Shown: positions 9,697-21,223, numbered from the stretch's first letter. The stretch is 64,000 bases of DNA from Candidatus Eiseniibacteriota bacterium (GCA_963717505.1 OY970342.1:2688001-2752000), one strand, 5' to 3'. Notes: generated by a model from the letters alone, not told the origin. Numbers and translations are program-made.

Positions 9697-10581
9697 GTGC
9701 TAGCGTCCAATCGCGTGCGCTCACCCTCCGCCCGTTCGACTCATGCCGTGGTCTCCCTGGCGACCCTCGACCTTCGGGCTCGACCGGACCATCGCAGCGA
9801 ACTGCGCAGTCAGCTCCTAATGGGCGAGGTGGTCCGCGTCGTGCGGCGGACGGCAGGGGGGCAGTGGTGGCGGGTCCTCGCCCCGCCCGACCAATACCCC
9901 GGGTGGGTTCGAGCCTGGGGACTGGTTCCCTGCAGCGCGGCCAGGGCCAGGAAGTGGCAGTCGTTTGCCCGGGCCCGGGTGGTGGCTTCCCACGCCGAGG
10001 TGCTCGGGGAGCGGCGCGGTGGGAGCGTGCTGAGTCCGGTCTGTTGGTCGGGGTGGCTGATCGCGGGGCCCACGCGTGGCGGGTTCCGTCGGGTCGAACT
10101 GCCGGACGGCCGCCGGGGCTGGATTTCGAGCAGCGCCGTGGCCCTGGGCGGTCGCCCGCCCACGGTCTACCAGAGAATCCGCAGGCTCCTCGGCACCCCT
10201 TACCTCTGGGGTGGCAGGTCGACGCTGGGTATCGATTGCTCGGCGCTGGTCCAGCTCATCTGCGCCGAGCAGGGCCTGGCATTGCCGCGCGATGCTCGAG
10301 ATCAGTGGCGGGCCACCGAGCCGCTGGCACACGGAGCCTCACCAAGTGGCGGCGACCTGGTCTTCTTTGGGGCTCGGCGAGGACCTCCGGGACACGTGGG
10401 CCTGATGCTCGGCAGCGACTATTTCCTCCATTCCCGGGGAGCCGTGAGGATCAACTCGATCGATCCATCTAGTGCTTTGTGCGACAAAGAGTTGATGGCG
10501 CAGCTCCTGGCGGTGAGGCGGATGCGCCCAGGTGCACAGACGATCAATCGTGGGAGGCCGAAACGCGTCAGGCGCCCTTGA
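9697..10581 (+). CDS. SH3 + NlpC/P60 (C40) peptidase, YkfC/dipeptidyl-peptidase VI-like
   Basis: SQLLMGEVV...YPGWV SH3 part, LGTPYLWGGRS..GIDCSALVQ, LPRDA.DQ, GDLVFF, GHVG, FLHS. No signal peptide. The true start may be GTG 9715. Confidence 0.9.
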   Translation: MLASNRVRSPSARSTHAVVSLATLDLRARPDHRSELRSQLLMGEVVRVVRRTAGGQWWRVLAPPDQYPGWVRAWGLVPCSAARARKWQSFARARVVASHAEVLGERRGGSVLSPVCWSGWLIAGPTRGGFRRVELPDGRRGWISSSAVALGGRPPTVYQRIRRLLGTPYLWGGRSTLGIDCSALVQLICAEQGLALPRDARDQWRATEPLAHGASPSGGDLVFFGARRGPPGHVGLMLGSDYFLHSRGAVRINSIDPSSALCDKELMAQLLAVRRMRPGAQTINRGRPKRVRRP

Positions 10582-10607
10582 CAGGGGTCTCATCCCGTCC
10601 CTAACTT
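10578..10607 (+). promoter_or_regulatory. Putative sigma70 promoter
   Basis: TTGACA-N18-TAACTT overlapping the NlpC stop codon. Confidence 0.5.
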
Positions 10608-10620
10608 CCCTTCGACGAAT

Positions 10621-10651
10621 GCCAGGATCCGTCTAGTGGTCCTGGCTTTTT
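10621..10651 (+). terminator. Intrinsic terminator-like hairpin
   Basis: GCCAGGATC...GGTCCTGGC followed by TTTTT. Confidence 0.6.
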
Positions 10652-10850
10652 CCGTGTCACCGCATCTCGCGCTGCTCCATTGCACGGAGGCAATGGGGCT
10701 TTCGCTTTGGAGTTCGAGTTCGGCTGGAAGGAGGTGGGGGCCCGGCAGGAGACGGCGGTCCAGACGACAGCTCTGGGAACATCGCCCAATGGCGGCAGAG
10801 TGGTCGATTCCTCGTGAATTCATGAGCAAAGACAAGGAGGCCTTTTCGCA

Positions 10851-12143
10851 ATGAGTTCGCATTTGAAGCGCTTCGTGGCCGCTGCGGTCCTGCTGGTTCT
10901 GCCCGCGGTGGCGTCGGCCTCGTCCTCGCGCGTCGAGGGCATGGCGATTCCAGGCGATTACATCAAGGACTATGTCGGGATCTACACCTACATCTCCGGA
11001 ATCACCGGGGTCGGCAATCTGGTCTATGGCGAGCTGGGCGATCAGCGGTTCAACTCCAGCCAGGCGACCCCCAACCCGGTCACCTCAGACCGCCAGGTCG
11101 GCGCGGTGCTGGGCAATCTGTTCGACGGCCGGTTCGGGACCTGGGGCATCCATCTGCGTGAGCAGACCACGGCCCTCGGCCAAGCGGACGCGTTCGGCTC
11201 TCCGAACGTCGGCTCATTTGGCGCCGATCCCAACACGCACACCAATCAGTCCTTCGACATCATGTGGGGGCAGCGCTTCGGGACGACCAGCATCGGGGCC
11301 CGGATCGAGCGCTCGGACTTTTCGTACGAGGTTACGGTCCCCGGCGTCACGACCACGCTCAAGTTCGACAATCCTGCGTTCCCGGGTGCTCCGCCGATCA
11401 CGCCCAACCTGGCTCGCAATGTCCTTGGGTTCCAGGCCGGCGCTGGCTTCGAGTTGAGCCCGAGCAGCACGATCGAAGCATCGATTCTCTACCAGAACCG
11501 GGACTTCGAGACCTCGGCGACCGGTGGCACGACCAACGAATCCGACGGCTCGACCAGCTGGCAGGTTGCCGGACGCATGATGTGGGAGTGGCAGCCCAAC
11601 GTCATGGTGGTTCCGGTCATCAAGTTCCACAGCTTCAACCTGGGCACCTCGACCACTCCGCCGGGCACGTCGGCCGAGAATTCGCTGAATGGTTGGCAGG
11701 CGGGCGTTGCCGGCAACTGGACGATCGGATCGAATGACCTCTTTGTTCTCGGCATGACGTTCGCTCAGAACACCTTCGAGACCCAGGAGAACACGTTTGG
11801 TCTCGCGGGATCGTTCCCTGGCGTCGCGCTCGCCGCGGATCACAAAGTCAGCGAGACGATGATGCCGGTGCTGTTCGCGGCGCTCGAGACGCACCTCAAC
11901 TCCTGGCTGACCGCCCGGTTCGGTGCGACCAAGGGCGCGTTCACGACCATCAAGGCAGAGGATGCGACCCAGGAAGCCACGCTCAGCTATTCGCCGTTCT
12001 TCATGGAGCTGGGTCTGGGGATCAAGATCGGTACGCTGCAGTTCGACGGCGTGCTGAATCCCAACTTCCCGCAGACCCTGGGCACGTTCCAGACCCCTGG
12101 ATACGTGACGTTCCCGAAGGTCACGGCGACCTACGTGTTTTAG
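10851..12143 (+). CDS. Outer-membrane beta-barrel protein of unknown function
   Basis: AAGGAGG SD, signal peptide (AVASA), alternating amphipathic strands, C-terminal VTATYVF BAM-type signal. Confidence 0.8.
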   Translation: MSSHLKRFVAAAVLLVLPAVASASSSRVEGMAIPGDYIKDYVGIYTYISGITGVGNLVYGELGDQRFNSSQATPNPVTSDRQVGAVLGNLFDGRFGTWGIHLREQTTALGQADAFGSPNVGSFGADPNTHTNQSFDIMWGQRFGTTSIGARIERSDFSYEVTVPGVTTTLKFDNPAFPGAPPITPNLARNVLGFQAGAGFELSPSSTIEASILYQNRDFETSATGGTTNESDGSTSWQVAGRMMWEWQPNVMVVPVIKFHSFNLGTSTTPPGTSAENSLNGWQAGVAGNWTIGSNDLFVLGMTFAQNTFETQENTFGLAGSFPGVALAADHKVSETMMPVLFAALETHLNSWLTARFGATKGAFTTIKAEDATQEATLSYSPFFMELGLGIKIGTLQFDGVLNPNFPQTLGTFQTPGYVTFPKVTATYVF

Positions 12144-12163
12144 TATCAATCGCTTGGAAGCTT

Positions 12164-12189
12164 GGGGCGCCGGCAACGGCGCCCCTTTT
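12164..12189 (+). terminator. Rho-independent terminator
   Basis: GGGGCGCCG-GCAA-CGGCGCCCC-TTTT: perfect 9-bp stem with a GNRA loop. Confidence 0.85.
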
Positions 12190-12256
12190 CTATTCCTTCC
12201 GCGGCACTTTGGACTCCGAACGCGGTTCTCTGGAGCCAAACCGCGGGGCAAACCGC

Positions 12257-12285
12257 TTGACAGCCCTCGGCCTCGGTACTAGCGT
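12257..12285 (+). promoter_or_regulatory. Putative sigma70 promoter of the TBDR operon
   Basis: TTGACA-N17-TAGCGT. Confidence 0.65.
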
Positions 12286-12375
12286 AACGACTCGGTAACA
12301 AACTCGATTCGTACTCCTCAAGCCAAGGAATGGCGGTCCCCCTGGGTGTGACGCACCGAGGGTGAAGGAGGCGAA

Positions 12376-12495
12376 ATGGATTTCCGCACCAAATCCTGGG
12401 CCGCTGTTCCCTCCCCCCAGGATCCGGTTCATCCCGTTCCTGATCGACACCGGTGCCGCCACCGCATCATGCGGGTGAGCACATTCAGGCCGTGA
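12376..12495 (+). CDS. Candidate 39-aa upstream ORF / leader peptide
   Basis: AAGGAGG-cgaa-ATG; MDFRTKSWAAVPSPQDPVHPVPDRHRCRHRIMRVSTFRP*; the stop lies directly before the TBDR SD. Confidence 0.4.
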   Translation: MDFRTKSWAAVPSPQDPVHPVPDRHRCRHRIMRVSTFRP

Positions 12496-12512
12496 AAGAA
12501 GGAGACCAACCC

Positions 12513-15349
12513 ATGCTACGCAGTGCATCCGATGCCCTGCGCCGCGCCGCGGGGGTGTTGGCGGTTGTCTTGTTCGCCGTTCCCTCGTGGGCAGGCACGA
12601 CCGGCAAACTGTCGGGCAGGATCATCAACGAGAAGAAGGAGCCGCTGGCGGGCGTCAACATCCGCATCGAGGGTCAGCGACTGGGCGCGTTCTCGGATGC
12701 CGAAGGCAATTACTTCATCATCGGCATCCCCGGCGGCAACTATCTGGTGCATGCCAATCTGCTCGGTCATGCTCCGTTCACCGCCGAGAACGTCCAGATC
12801 ATGCCCGACTTCACCACCACCCTCGACATCACCATGCGCACCGAGGCGATCCAGCAGGCCGAGGTCCGGGTCGAGGCCGAGCGGCCGCTGCTCCAGAAGG
12901 ACGCGACCGGAACGACCCGGTTCATCTCGTCCGAGGAGCTGCAGAAGATGCCGACCCGCGGCTACCGCGACGCCGCCGCGCAGCAGACCGGAATCGTCAA
13001 CTTCCGTCGCAACATCGACACCGAGTCGCAGAACGCCAACACGCTGATCATCCGCGGCGGCCGCCCGAACGAGACCGCCTACTACGTGGACGGCTTCTCG
13101 CAGCAGGATCCGCTGACCGGAACCTCGAGCACCTCGATCAGCGACAATGCGATCGAGGAAGTCGTGGTGCTGACCGGCGGCTTCAACGCCGAGTACGGCC
13201 GGATCATGTCGGGTGCGGTCAACGTGATCACCCGGGAGGGCGCCAGCAAGTACTTCGGCGCGATCGAGGCGGTTTCCGACGTCCTGGCCGGTCCCTGGAT
13301 CGGCGCCGAGAGCACCGACTACAACGTCTACGACGTTTCGCTCGGCGGGCCGGTATGGCCCGGCAACGAGAACATCAGCTTCTACGTGTCCGGCGAGCGA
13401 CGCTGGCAGCAGGACCGCAATCCCTCGATGCTGGCCGACAACTTCGAGAGCGCGCTGGAAGGCCTCGGCCTGGACTCGAACATCAAACCGGTCAACCAGA
13501 CCGGGGGTTACACGTTCCAGGGCAAGCTGGGCTGGCAGATCAACGACGCGATGAACGTCAAGGTCGGCGGGCTCGGGTCCGAGGACGACTGGCGCGAGTA
13601 CAGCCACGCCTACCTCTACAACCTGGACCACTCACCCAAATACCATGACCGGAACGTCTCGTACTTCGGGACCTACAACCACGTCCTGAGCCCGAGCACG
13701 TTCTTCAATGTCGGCGCCAACTACTTCGAGACCACGCGCAAGCGCGGGGACGGCGTCCACTTCGACAACCTTGGGGGCTACTACCGGCTCTCGAATCCCC
13801 GGTTCGACGAGGACGTCCCGCTGTTCTTCGAGCCGGGCCACGTGTTCGACGACTACCTGCAGCGCAACTCGTCGTACTACGGGCATCCAGGGCGGCTTCA
13901 CGTCCCAGATCAATCGCCACAATCAGATCAAGTTGGGCGGCGACTTCCAGCGGCACACGCTCCGGTACTTCAACCACTTCTTCCCGGTCCAGCTGGGCGG
14001 CACGACGCCGAACCTTACCGACTGGGACGGCTACGGCTACGATCTGGTCGTCAATCCCGACGGCAGCATCCGGCTGGTGGAGAACGACGATGACGCCGCG
14101 GACGGACCGAAGCACCCGAAGTCCTGGTCGTTGTTCGCGCAGGACAAGTTCGAGCGCGAGGGCGTGATCGTCAACGGCGGCCTGCGCTTCGACTACATCG
14201 ACGTCGACACCGAGGCGCTGCTCAGCGAGGAGTTCCCGCTCGGCGACCCCGACGACGTCGACAATCTGCCCGACGTGCTCGAGGCCCAGGACCTCCAGGA
14301 CAACAAGACTTACGCGCGCTTGTCCCCACGTTTCGGCGTCGCGTTCCCGGTCGACGAGCGCACGTTGCTGCGGTTCAACTACGGCCAGTTCTACCAGCAG
14401 CCGAACCTCCAGGATCTCTACGTCTCGTACCGGTTCCTGGAGCACAAGGTGCGCACCGGCGGTTACTTCGTCGGCTTCGGCAATCCCGAACCTGAAGCCC
14501 GAGCAGACGACCGCGTACGAGTTCGGCATGGCGCGGCAGATCGGCGAGCGCTCGCGCCTCGACATCACCGCCTACTACAAGGACGTCAAGGACCTGGTCC
14601 AGATCACCAACATCCCGTCGTTCCCGAACTCGTTCTCGTCGTATCGCAACACCGACTTCGCGACCGTCAAGGGCATCGACGTCGGCTTCTCGATGCGGCG
14701 CACCAACCACATCACCGCCAGCGTCAACTACAGCCTGACCTACGCCCAGGGCACCGGTTCGGTGTCGAACACCCAGCGAACATCGCCTGGACCGTCGGCC
14801 GAACCGCCGAAGCAGACCGCACCGCTCGACTTCGACCAGCGGCACAAGGTCTCGTTCAATCTCGATTACTCGCTGATCGAGAACGAGGGCCCGACCTGGG
14901 GCAACTGGAGGCCGTTCGAGAACACGAGCGTGAACATGCTCTACAACGTGGGCAGCGGCACTCCGTACACGCCGACTGACGTCTACAACGAGGTCACGCT
15001 GGCGAATGTCAACTCGAATCCCTCGGGCCCGCTGAATTCGAAGTACGGACCGTGGACCTCATCGCTCGACCTCAAGGCGAGCAAGGGATTCCGGTTCGGC
15101 GGCTCGAACATGGAAGCCTTCATCTGGGCGCTCAACGTCTTCAACACCCGCAATCCGTTCCAGGTCTACACCTCATCCGGGGCGCCCGACGTCGTCGGAT
15201 TCCTCAACACCGAACCCGGGATGGAATACCTGCAGACTGCGTCGGCCGCAGGCAAGGACGGACTGGGTATGTACCAACTGGCGGAAAACAATCCGATTGT
15301 GGTCGCGAACCCGAGGCTCGTGCGGTTCGGCATCCGGGCGAGCTTCTAG
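12513..15349 (+). CDS. TonB-dependent receptor with N-terminal carboxypeptidase-regulatory-like domain (frameshifts near 13880, 14490 and 14780)
   Basis: GTTGKLSGRI..EPLAGVNI, plug IIRGGRPNETAYYVDG, TGGFNAEYG..MSGAVNVIT, LSPRFGVAFP, PEQTTAYE, C-terminal PRLVRFGIRASF. Spread over three overlapping ORFs. Confidence 0.9.
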
Positions 15350-15381
15350 CGATGCGCGCGTTCGTGCGCAGGAGGACAGGA

Positions 15382-18300
15382 ATGGGTATGCGCCGTTACA
15401 CCCGAGTGCTCACCGCCGTGGCCCTTGCGGTCGCGGTGGGTGCCGGGAGCGTGGCCGCGGCGACGCCGAAGAAGGGCCGTGCAGGACGGGCCAGTGTCGC
15501 GCGCCCGAACCGCGTGGCGACCACGGACATTCCCGTCGCATCGACATCAATCAGATCAACATGTTCGTCACCAACCTCGGCTCGTTCGGCGTTCGATCTG
15601 TCTGCCGGCAATGCCGGGCTCTGTCTACCCGAACGGGCACCAACCAAGACCGCGGTGTTCGCCTCGGGCATGTGGCTGGGAGCCACGGTCAACGGCGACG
15701 ACCCGCGGACTGGTCGCCGAGTACTCGCAGGAGTTCGGCCCGGGGGCGATGGTCGGCGGAACGTTCGACGATCCGACTAAGCCCGAGTACATCGTCTACA
15801 AGGTCGTTCGCTTCACCGGCACCAGAAGACACGGCGCACGTCGAGCGCGTGCCCAATGTGCAGGCGTTCGAGGACGAGCTGGTCCACCACTCGTGGAGCG
15901 AGTACATGTCGGGCGCGGCCCGCACGGCGCGCCGTGGCGCACCTACCGCCTGCCCGACACCAGCACCCCGGCGCCCGACGATTCGGTCGACGTGCCCGGC
16001 CCGGACGTGGTCGGCGACATGATGCTGTGGTGCGTCTACAACGACGCCGAATCCGACCAACCACACCAACGATGCGGGGAACTCGACCCCGCTGGGGATC
16101 GAGATCCAGCAGACCACCTTCGCGTTCAACCGCCAGGGGGCGCTCGGCCTGACGCTGTTCATCAAGTACAAGCTGCATCAACAAGGGCGGCAACACCCTC
16201 GACAGACATGTACATCTCGCAGTGGTCGGATCCCGACCTCGGGGTGCGGCCGGGTTCACCGACGACCTGGTCGGCTGCGATACGATTCCGGACAACACCG
16301 GCAAGTCGAGTCGCTGGGCTACGTCTACAACTCGACCAACAACGATCAGCGGCTACGGCAGCGACCCACCGGCGCTGGGCTACGACTTCTTCCACGGCCC
16401 GATCATTCGCAATCGCACCGCGCCGTCGACACCCTGCGGGCTGGTCGTCGTTCAACAAGTACATCAACGGCACCGATCCGGCATCGTCGGATGAGACCTA
16501 CAACTACATGCAGGGTCTCACGATCGATGGCGATCCCACCGTGGACCCGTTCGGCAACACCACGTCGTTCACGGTCGCGGGAGATCCGGTCAGTCCCGGT
16601 CCGGGCCACTGGCTCGACACGAGCCCGGCCGACCGCCGCATGATGCTGTCGAGCGGCCCGTTCACCATGGCGCCGGGGGACTCCCAGGAGATCACGGTCG
16701 CAATCGTCATCGGGCAGGGCAGCAATCGCCTGTCCTCGATCTCGGCGCTGCGGTTCAACGACGAGTTCGCCCAGGACGCGTTCGACAAGAACTTCGATCT
16801 GCCGAGCCCGCCACCGCAGCCGCAAGTGGACGTTACGGTCGACGACAGCGAGGTGACGCTGATCGTGGGACGCGGCGTCGCGCGAGAACTACGACGAGCC
16901 CGGCTACACGTTCGAAGGCTACAACGTCTACCAGGGCTCGACGGTTGCCGGACCGTGGACGCTGATCGCGACCTACGACGAGATCAACAACACCCGCGGT
17001 CATCTACGATCAGGTGTTCGACCCCGAGACCGGGCAGCTGATTCCGCTGTTCCCGGTCGCGTTCGGCTCCGACCTCGGCGTGCGCTTCACGCACACCGGC
17101 CACGCGGACGCCGTGCGCGGCGGCCCTTTGTTCAACGGGACCGAGTACTTCTTCGCGGTGACCTCGTACAGCTACAACCCGACTGGCCTGCCCAAGGTGC
17201 TCGAGAACGCGCAGGCGGTGCTCCGGGTCGATGCCGCAGAGGCCGGCCTCTGGTACCGATCTGGCGAGCGCCTCGGCCGCTGACGTGGAGTATGTACAGA
17301 AGGACACGCTCAGGCCGCCGGCAACCGATGTGGTCACCGTCGAGGTGGTGAACCCCGAGCTGGTTACCGGGAACACCTACAAGGTGACCTTCGAGCCGCT
17401 GATCCCGCCGTTCTTCGGGCAGATCGGCACCGACACCGCGACGGTGGTCAACTCGTGGTCGCTGATCGACAGCACGACCAACACGGTCAAACTCTCGGGC
17501 CAGCTCAATCGTCGCGGCGACGACGACTACCAGGTGGTCGACGGCCTCCGGGTCAAGGTCACCGGCAAGTACTTCCCGCAGTTCCAGGACGGCGTCTACC
17601 TCGAACAACGTGACCACCAATCGCCGGGCGACTGACCGGCCGTCAACTCGGGGCTGCTCGGGCTTCTTCGGTGGCGCCGGAACGCGAACACTTCTTCGGC
17701 AGCACGCTCGATCCCGCCACCCAGCCCGACTCATTCGCGACCGTCGAGTTGCGGTTCAGCAGCACAGCGACCCAGAGCGCGTACCGTTTCTTCCGTTACC
17801 AGTTGAGCGACGGTGCGCGGCGCCTCAAGGCAGTGCGTACGCGTATGGCGGTTTCCACACCTGCAACTTCCAGGCGTGGGACATCGATCAACAACGTTCA
17901 GCTCGACGTGGCATTCGTCGAGAAGCTGCTGGTCGCGGCCGACGGAACGATCCTGCCCGACTCGTCCCAGGTCGCGCGAACCGACTCGACCTGGAACCCG
18001 AGCGAGGATCCGGACGGCGACCGCGAGTACCTGTTCGTGATCCGGCAGGCCCTACGCGGACGACCGAAGCGTCCGGAAATCGCGCTCGACGGCGCACTCG
18101 CCGACGGATCGCTGCCGCATGCTGTACGCGCTCGACCGCCCAGCCTCCGGACTGCCACCGACGTCATCGACGACGGGGACGCGTTCCAGTGGATCTGGGC
18201 CAACCCGGCGATCGCCCAACGACGTCTACGTGTTCGACACCGACGCGCTGGTCGCGCGGCAACTCGACGCTGGCCACCGGCGAACATGCAACAGCATCCG

Positions 18301-18604
18301 GGCGGTGCCCAATCCGTACTACAACCGTTCGTCCTACGAGCTGAACCCGTTCAACCGCGTGATCCGGTTCATGAACCTGCCCGAGGTGTGCACGGTCCGG
18401 ATCTTCAACCTGGCCGGGCAGTTGGTGCGCCGTCTCGAGAAGACGGACCCCAACACCTCGATCCTCAACTGGGACGTGCTCACCGAAAGCGGTCTGCCGG
18501 TGGGCAGCGGCGTCTACATCTTCCACGTTCAGGCTTCTGGAGGCGGCGAGTATCGATCGAAACTCGTCGTCTTCATGGAGAAAGAACGTCTGAATAGCTA
18601 TTGA
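15382..18604 (+). CDS. Large secreted protein (about 1070 aa) with FN3-like region and T9SS-like CTD; multiple apparent frameshifts
   Basis: AGGAGG SD and signal peptide. Reassembled fragments: IDINQINMFVTN, PLGIEIQQTTFAF, WSDPDLG, DDLVGCD, DRRMMLSSGPFTMAPGDSQEI, FEGYNVYQ, YFFAVTSY. CTD: IRAVPNPYY...RIFNLAGQLVR...SGVYIFHV. Confidence 0.8.
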
Positions 18605-18653
18605 GAGGGCCGGAACGATGACCGTGCACAGAGAAGCGAAAGGAGGCCGGACG

Positions 18654-19733
18654 ATGAACCGGCTCATGATTCGGACGCTCGGTCTCGCGGTCCTGCTCGT
18701 CCTCGCGGCGACGACCGCGTGGGCGGGCTCGGGGGAACGCAAGGGCACGAGCGGCGCCACGGAACTGCTGATTCCGGTCGGCGCCCGCGGCTCGGCCCTG
18801 GGCGGAACCGCGACCAGCAACGTCAGCGGGATCGAGGCGACCTTCTGGAATCCCGCGGGACTCGGGACGCTCGAAGGCACCGAGGCCCTGTTCACCCACA
18901 CCCAGTACATCGCCGACATGTCGGTCAACTACGCCGCGATTGCGGTCAAGTCCGGCGGCTTCGGCACCCTGGGATTCAGCGCCAAGGTGCTGTCGATCGG
19001 CGACATCATCGTGACCACGGAGCAGGCACCCGACGGCACCGGCGAGATCATGTCGCCGACCTTCGGCGTGTTCGGCGTGTCGTGGGGCCGTCAGTTCACG
19101 GACCGCGTGCAGTTCGGGGCCGGGGTCAACTACGTCAACGAATCGATCGGCAGCGCCAGGGCTTCGGGCGTCGCCTTCGATTTCGGCTTGCAGTACCTGA
19201 CCGGCTTCAGCGGTCTCCAGTTCGGCATCGTGATGAAAAACTTCGGCACCACCATGTCGTTCGATGGCGCCGACTTTGACAACACGCTGCAGCCGCCGAG
19301 CGGCGATCCATCTCAGGAGAACCGGACCTACCGTTCGACGTCGTCGTCGTTCGAGATGCCGTCGTACTTCACGTTGTCGGCGAACTACGACCTGCTGAAC
19401 GGGAACCAGCAGCGGCTCGCGATCCTGGGTGCGTTCTCGAACAACAATTTCTCGTTCGACGACCTGACCGGCGGACTCGAGTGGGTCTACCGCGACGACT
19501 ACGCACTTCGGGCCTCGTACTTCACCTCGTTCGGCAGCACCACCGATGCGAATGGCGAGGACGCCGGAGTCGAATTCGAGAGCGGCAACGATCTGTACTC
19601 GGGCTTCGCGCTCGGGGCCGGAGCCAAGTTCCGCGCCGGCGACACCGGCAAGATCGGGGTCGACCTGTCGTGGCGGCCGGTGACCGAGTTCTTCGAGGAC
19701 GTGGTCGAGTTCGGCTTCAGCCTGACGTTCTAG
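18654..19733 (+). CDS. PorV/PorQ-family (FadL-like) outer-membrane barrel
   Basis: AGGAGG SD, signal peptide, GATELLIPVGARGSALG, ATFWNPAGL, FTHTQYIAD, AFDFGLQY, MKNFG, C-terminal FSLTF. Confidence 0.85.
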   Translation: MNRLMIRTLGLAVLLVLAATTAWAGSGERKGTSGATELLIPVGARGSALGGTATSNVSGIEATFWNPAGLGTLEGTEALFTHTQYIADMSVNYAAIAVKSGGFGTLGFSAKVLSIGDIIVTTEQAPDGTGEIMSPTFGVFGVSWGRQFTDRVQFGAGVNYVNESIGSARASGVAFDFGLQYLTGFSGLQFGIVMKNFGTTMSFDGADFDNTLQPPSGDPSQENRTYRSTSSSFEMPSYFTLSANYDLLNGNQQRLAILGAFSNNNFSFDDLTGGLEWVYRDDYALRASYFTSFGSTTDANGEDAGVEFESGNDLYSGFALGAGAKFRAGDTGKIGVDLSWRPVTEFFEDVVEFGFSLTF

Positions 19734-19764
19734 CCCGCGCCCCGCAGGCGGGGCTGGACGCGAG

Positions 19765-19793
19765 CGGCCCGCGGCGAACGCCGCGGGCCGTTT
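19765..19793. terminator. Hairpin between the convergent porV-like gene and gdhA
   Basis: CGGCCCGCGGCG-AA-CGCCGCGGGCCG-TTT. Confidence 0.7.
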
Positions 19794-19820
19794 CGTTGCC
19801 GCCGGGAGGGCGCGGCGGGT

Positions 19821-21096
19821 TCAGGCGTAGACGCCGCGCAGCATGATGACCTTGACCACGCGCTCGATCGCGACCATGAACGCCGCGACGCGCATGTTGA
19901 CCTTGTGCTCGATGTGACTTGCCGAGCACGTCGCGGAACGCGCGCACCATGTACTGCTCGAGGCGCTCGTTGACCTCTTCCTCGGGCCAGTAGAAGCCGC
20001 TGCGGTTCTGCACCCACTCGAAGTAGGAGACGGTGACCCCGCCCGAGTTGCACAGGATGTCGGGGATCACGAACACGCCCTTGCCGTCGAGGATGCGGTC
20101 GGCGTCCGGGGTGGTCGGCCCGTTGGCGCCTTCGGCGACGATCCGCGCCTTGACCCGGTCGGCGTTCTCGCTGGGTGATCTGGTTCTCGAGCGCGGCGGC
20201 ACCAGGATGTCGCAGTCGTACTCGACGATCGGTGTGGTCAGCGGCTGGCTGCCGGGGAAGCCCGACGACGCCGCGGCGGTCGGTGACGTAGCGGATCAGC
20301 GCCGGGACGTCGAGGCCCGTCGGGGTTGTGGATCGCGCCCGAGACGTCGGACACCGCCACGATCTTGGCGCCTTCGCGCGCCATCAGGTCGGCCGACGAC
20401 CGAGCCCACGTTGCCGAAGCCCTGGACCGCGACCCGCGCTCCGGCGAGCGGCACGCTTGAGATGGCGGCACGCCTCGCGCACGCAGAACAGCACGCCGCG
20501 CCCGGTCGCTTCGCGACGTCCGAGCGAGCCGCCCAGCTCGAGCGGCTTGCCGGTGACCACCGCGGTCTCGGTGCGCCGCTCGTGCATCGAGTAGGTGTCC
20601 ATGAACCACGCCATCACCTGTTCGTTGGTGTTGACGTCCGGAGCCGGGACGTCGCTCTCGGGACCGAACAGATCCGACAGGTCGGCCGCGTAGCGACGGG
20701 TCAGTCGTTCGAGTTCGCCCTTCGACAGTTTGCGCGGGATCGCACGCGATCCCGCCCTTGCCGCCGCCGAACGGGAATGTTGACCACCGCGCACTTCCAG
20801 GTCATCCACGCGGCCAGCGCCTCGACTTCCTCGAGCGTGACGTCCGGGTGATAGCGGATTCCGCCCTTGGCCGGACCACGCACGATCGAGTGCTGGACGC
20901 GGTAGCCGGTGAACACGCGGAACGTGCCGTCGTCCATCTGGATGGGCAGCGAGACGATGGTGGCACGCCGTGGCTTCTTGATGACTTCCTTGATGCCTTC
21001 CGGGAGGCTCAGGCGGGCCGCGGCTTCCTCGAACTGGCGCTCGGCGTTGGCGAGCGGGTTGAGTTCCTTCTGCTTGTTGACTCCCTCGACGTGCAC
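19821..21096 (-). CDS. gdhA: Glu/Leu/Phe/Val dehydrogenase (glutamate dehydrogenase); several apparent frameshifts
   Basis: GYRVQH...[75 protein letters not shown]. Confidence 0.92.
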
Positions 21097-21177
21097 GTGA
21101 GGCTCCTGATCGGGGCGCGGTGCCGAGGCGCCGCGGCTGGAAGGACTTGGGCCCGGAGCGGGCGGATTCAGCGCCGG

Positions 21178-21206
21178 AGTATAGACACGCTCCCCAAGCC
21201 GGCCAA
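21178..21206 (-). promoter_or_regulatory. Putative promoter of gdhA
   Basis: Minus strand TTGGCC-N17-TATACT. Confidence 0.5.
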
Positions 21207-21223
21207 CCTCGTGGTGACGAACG

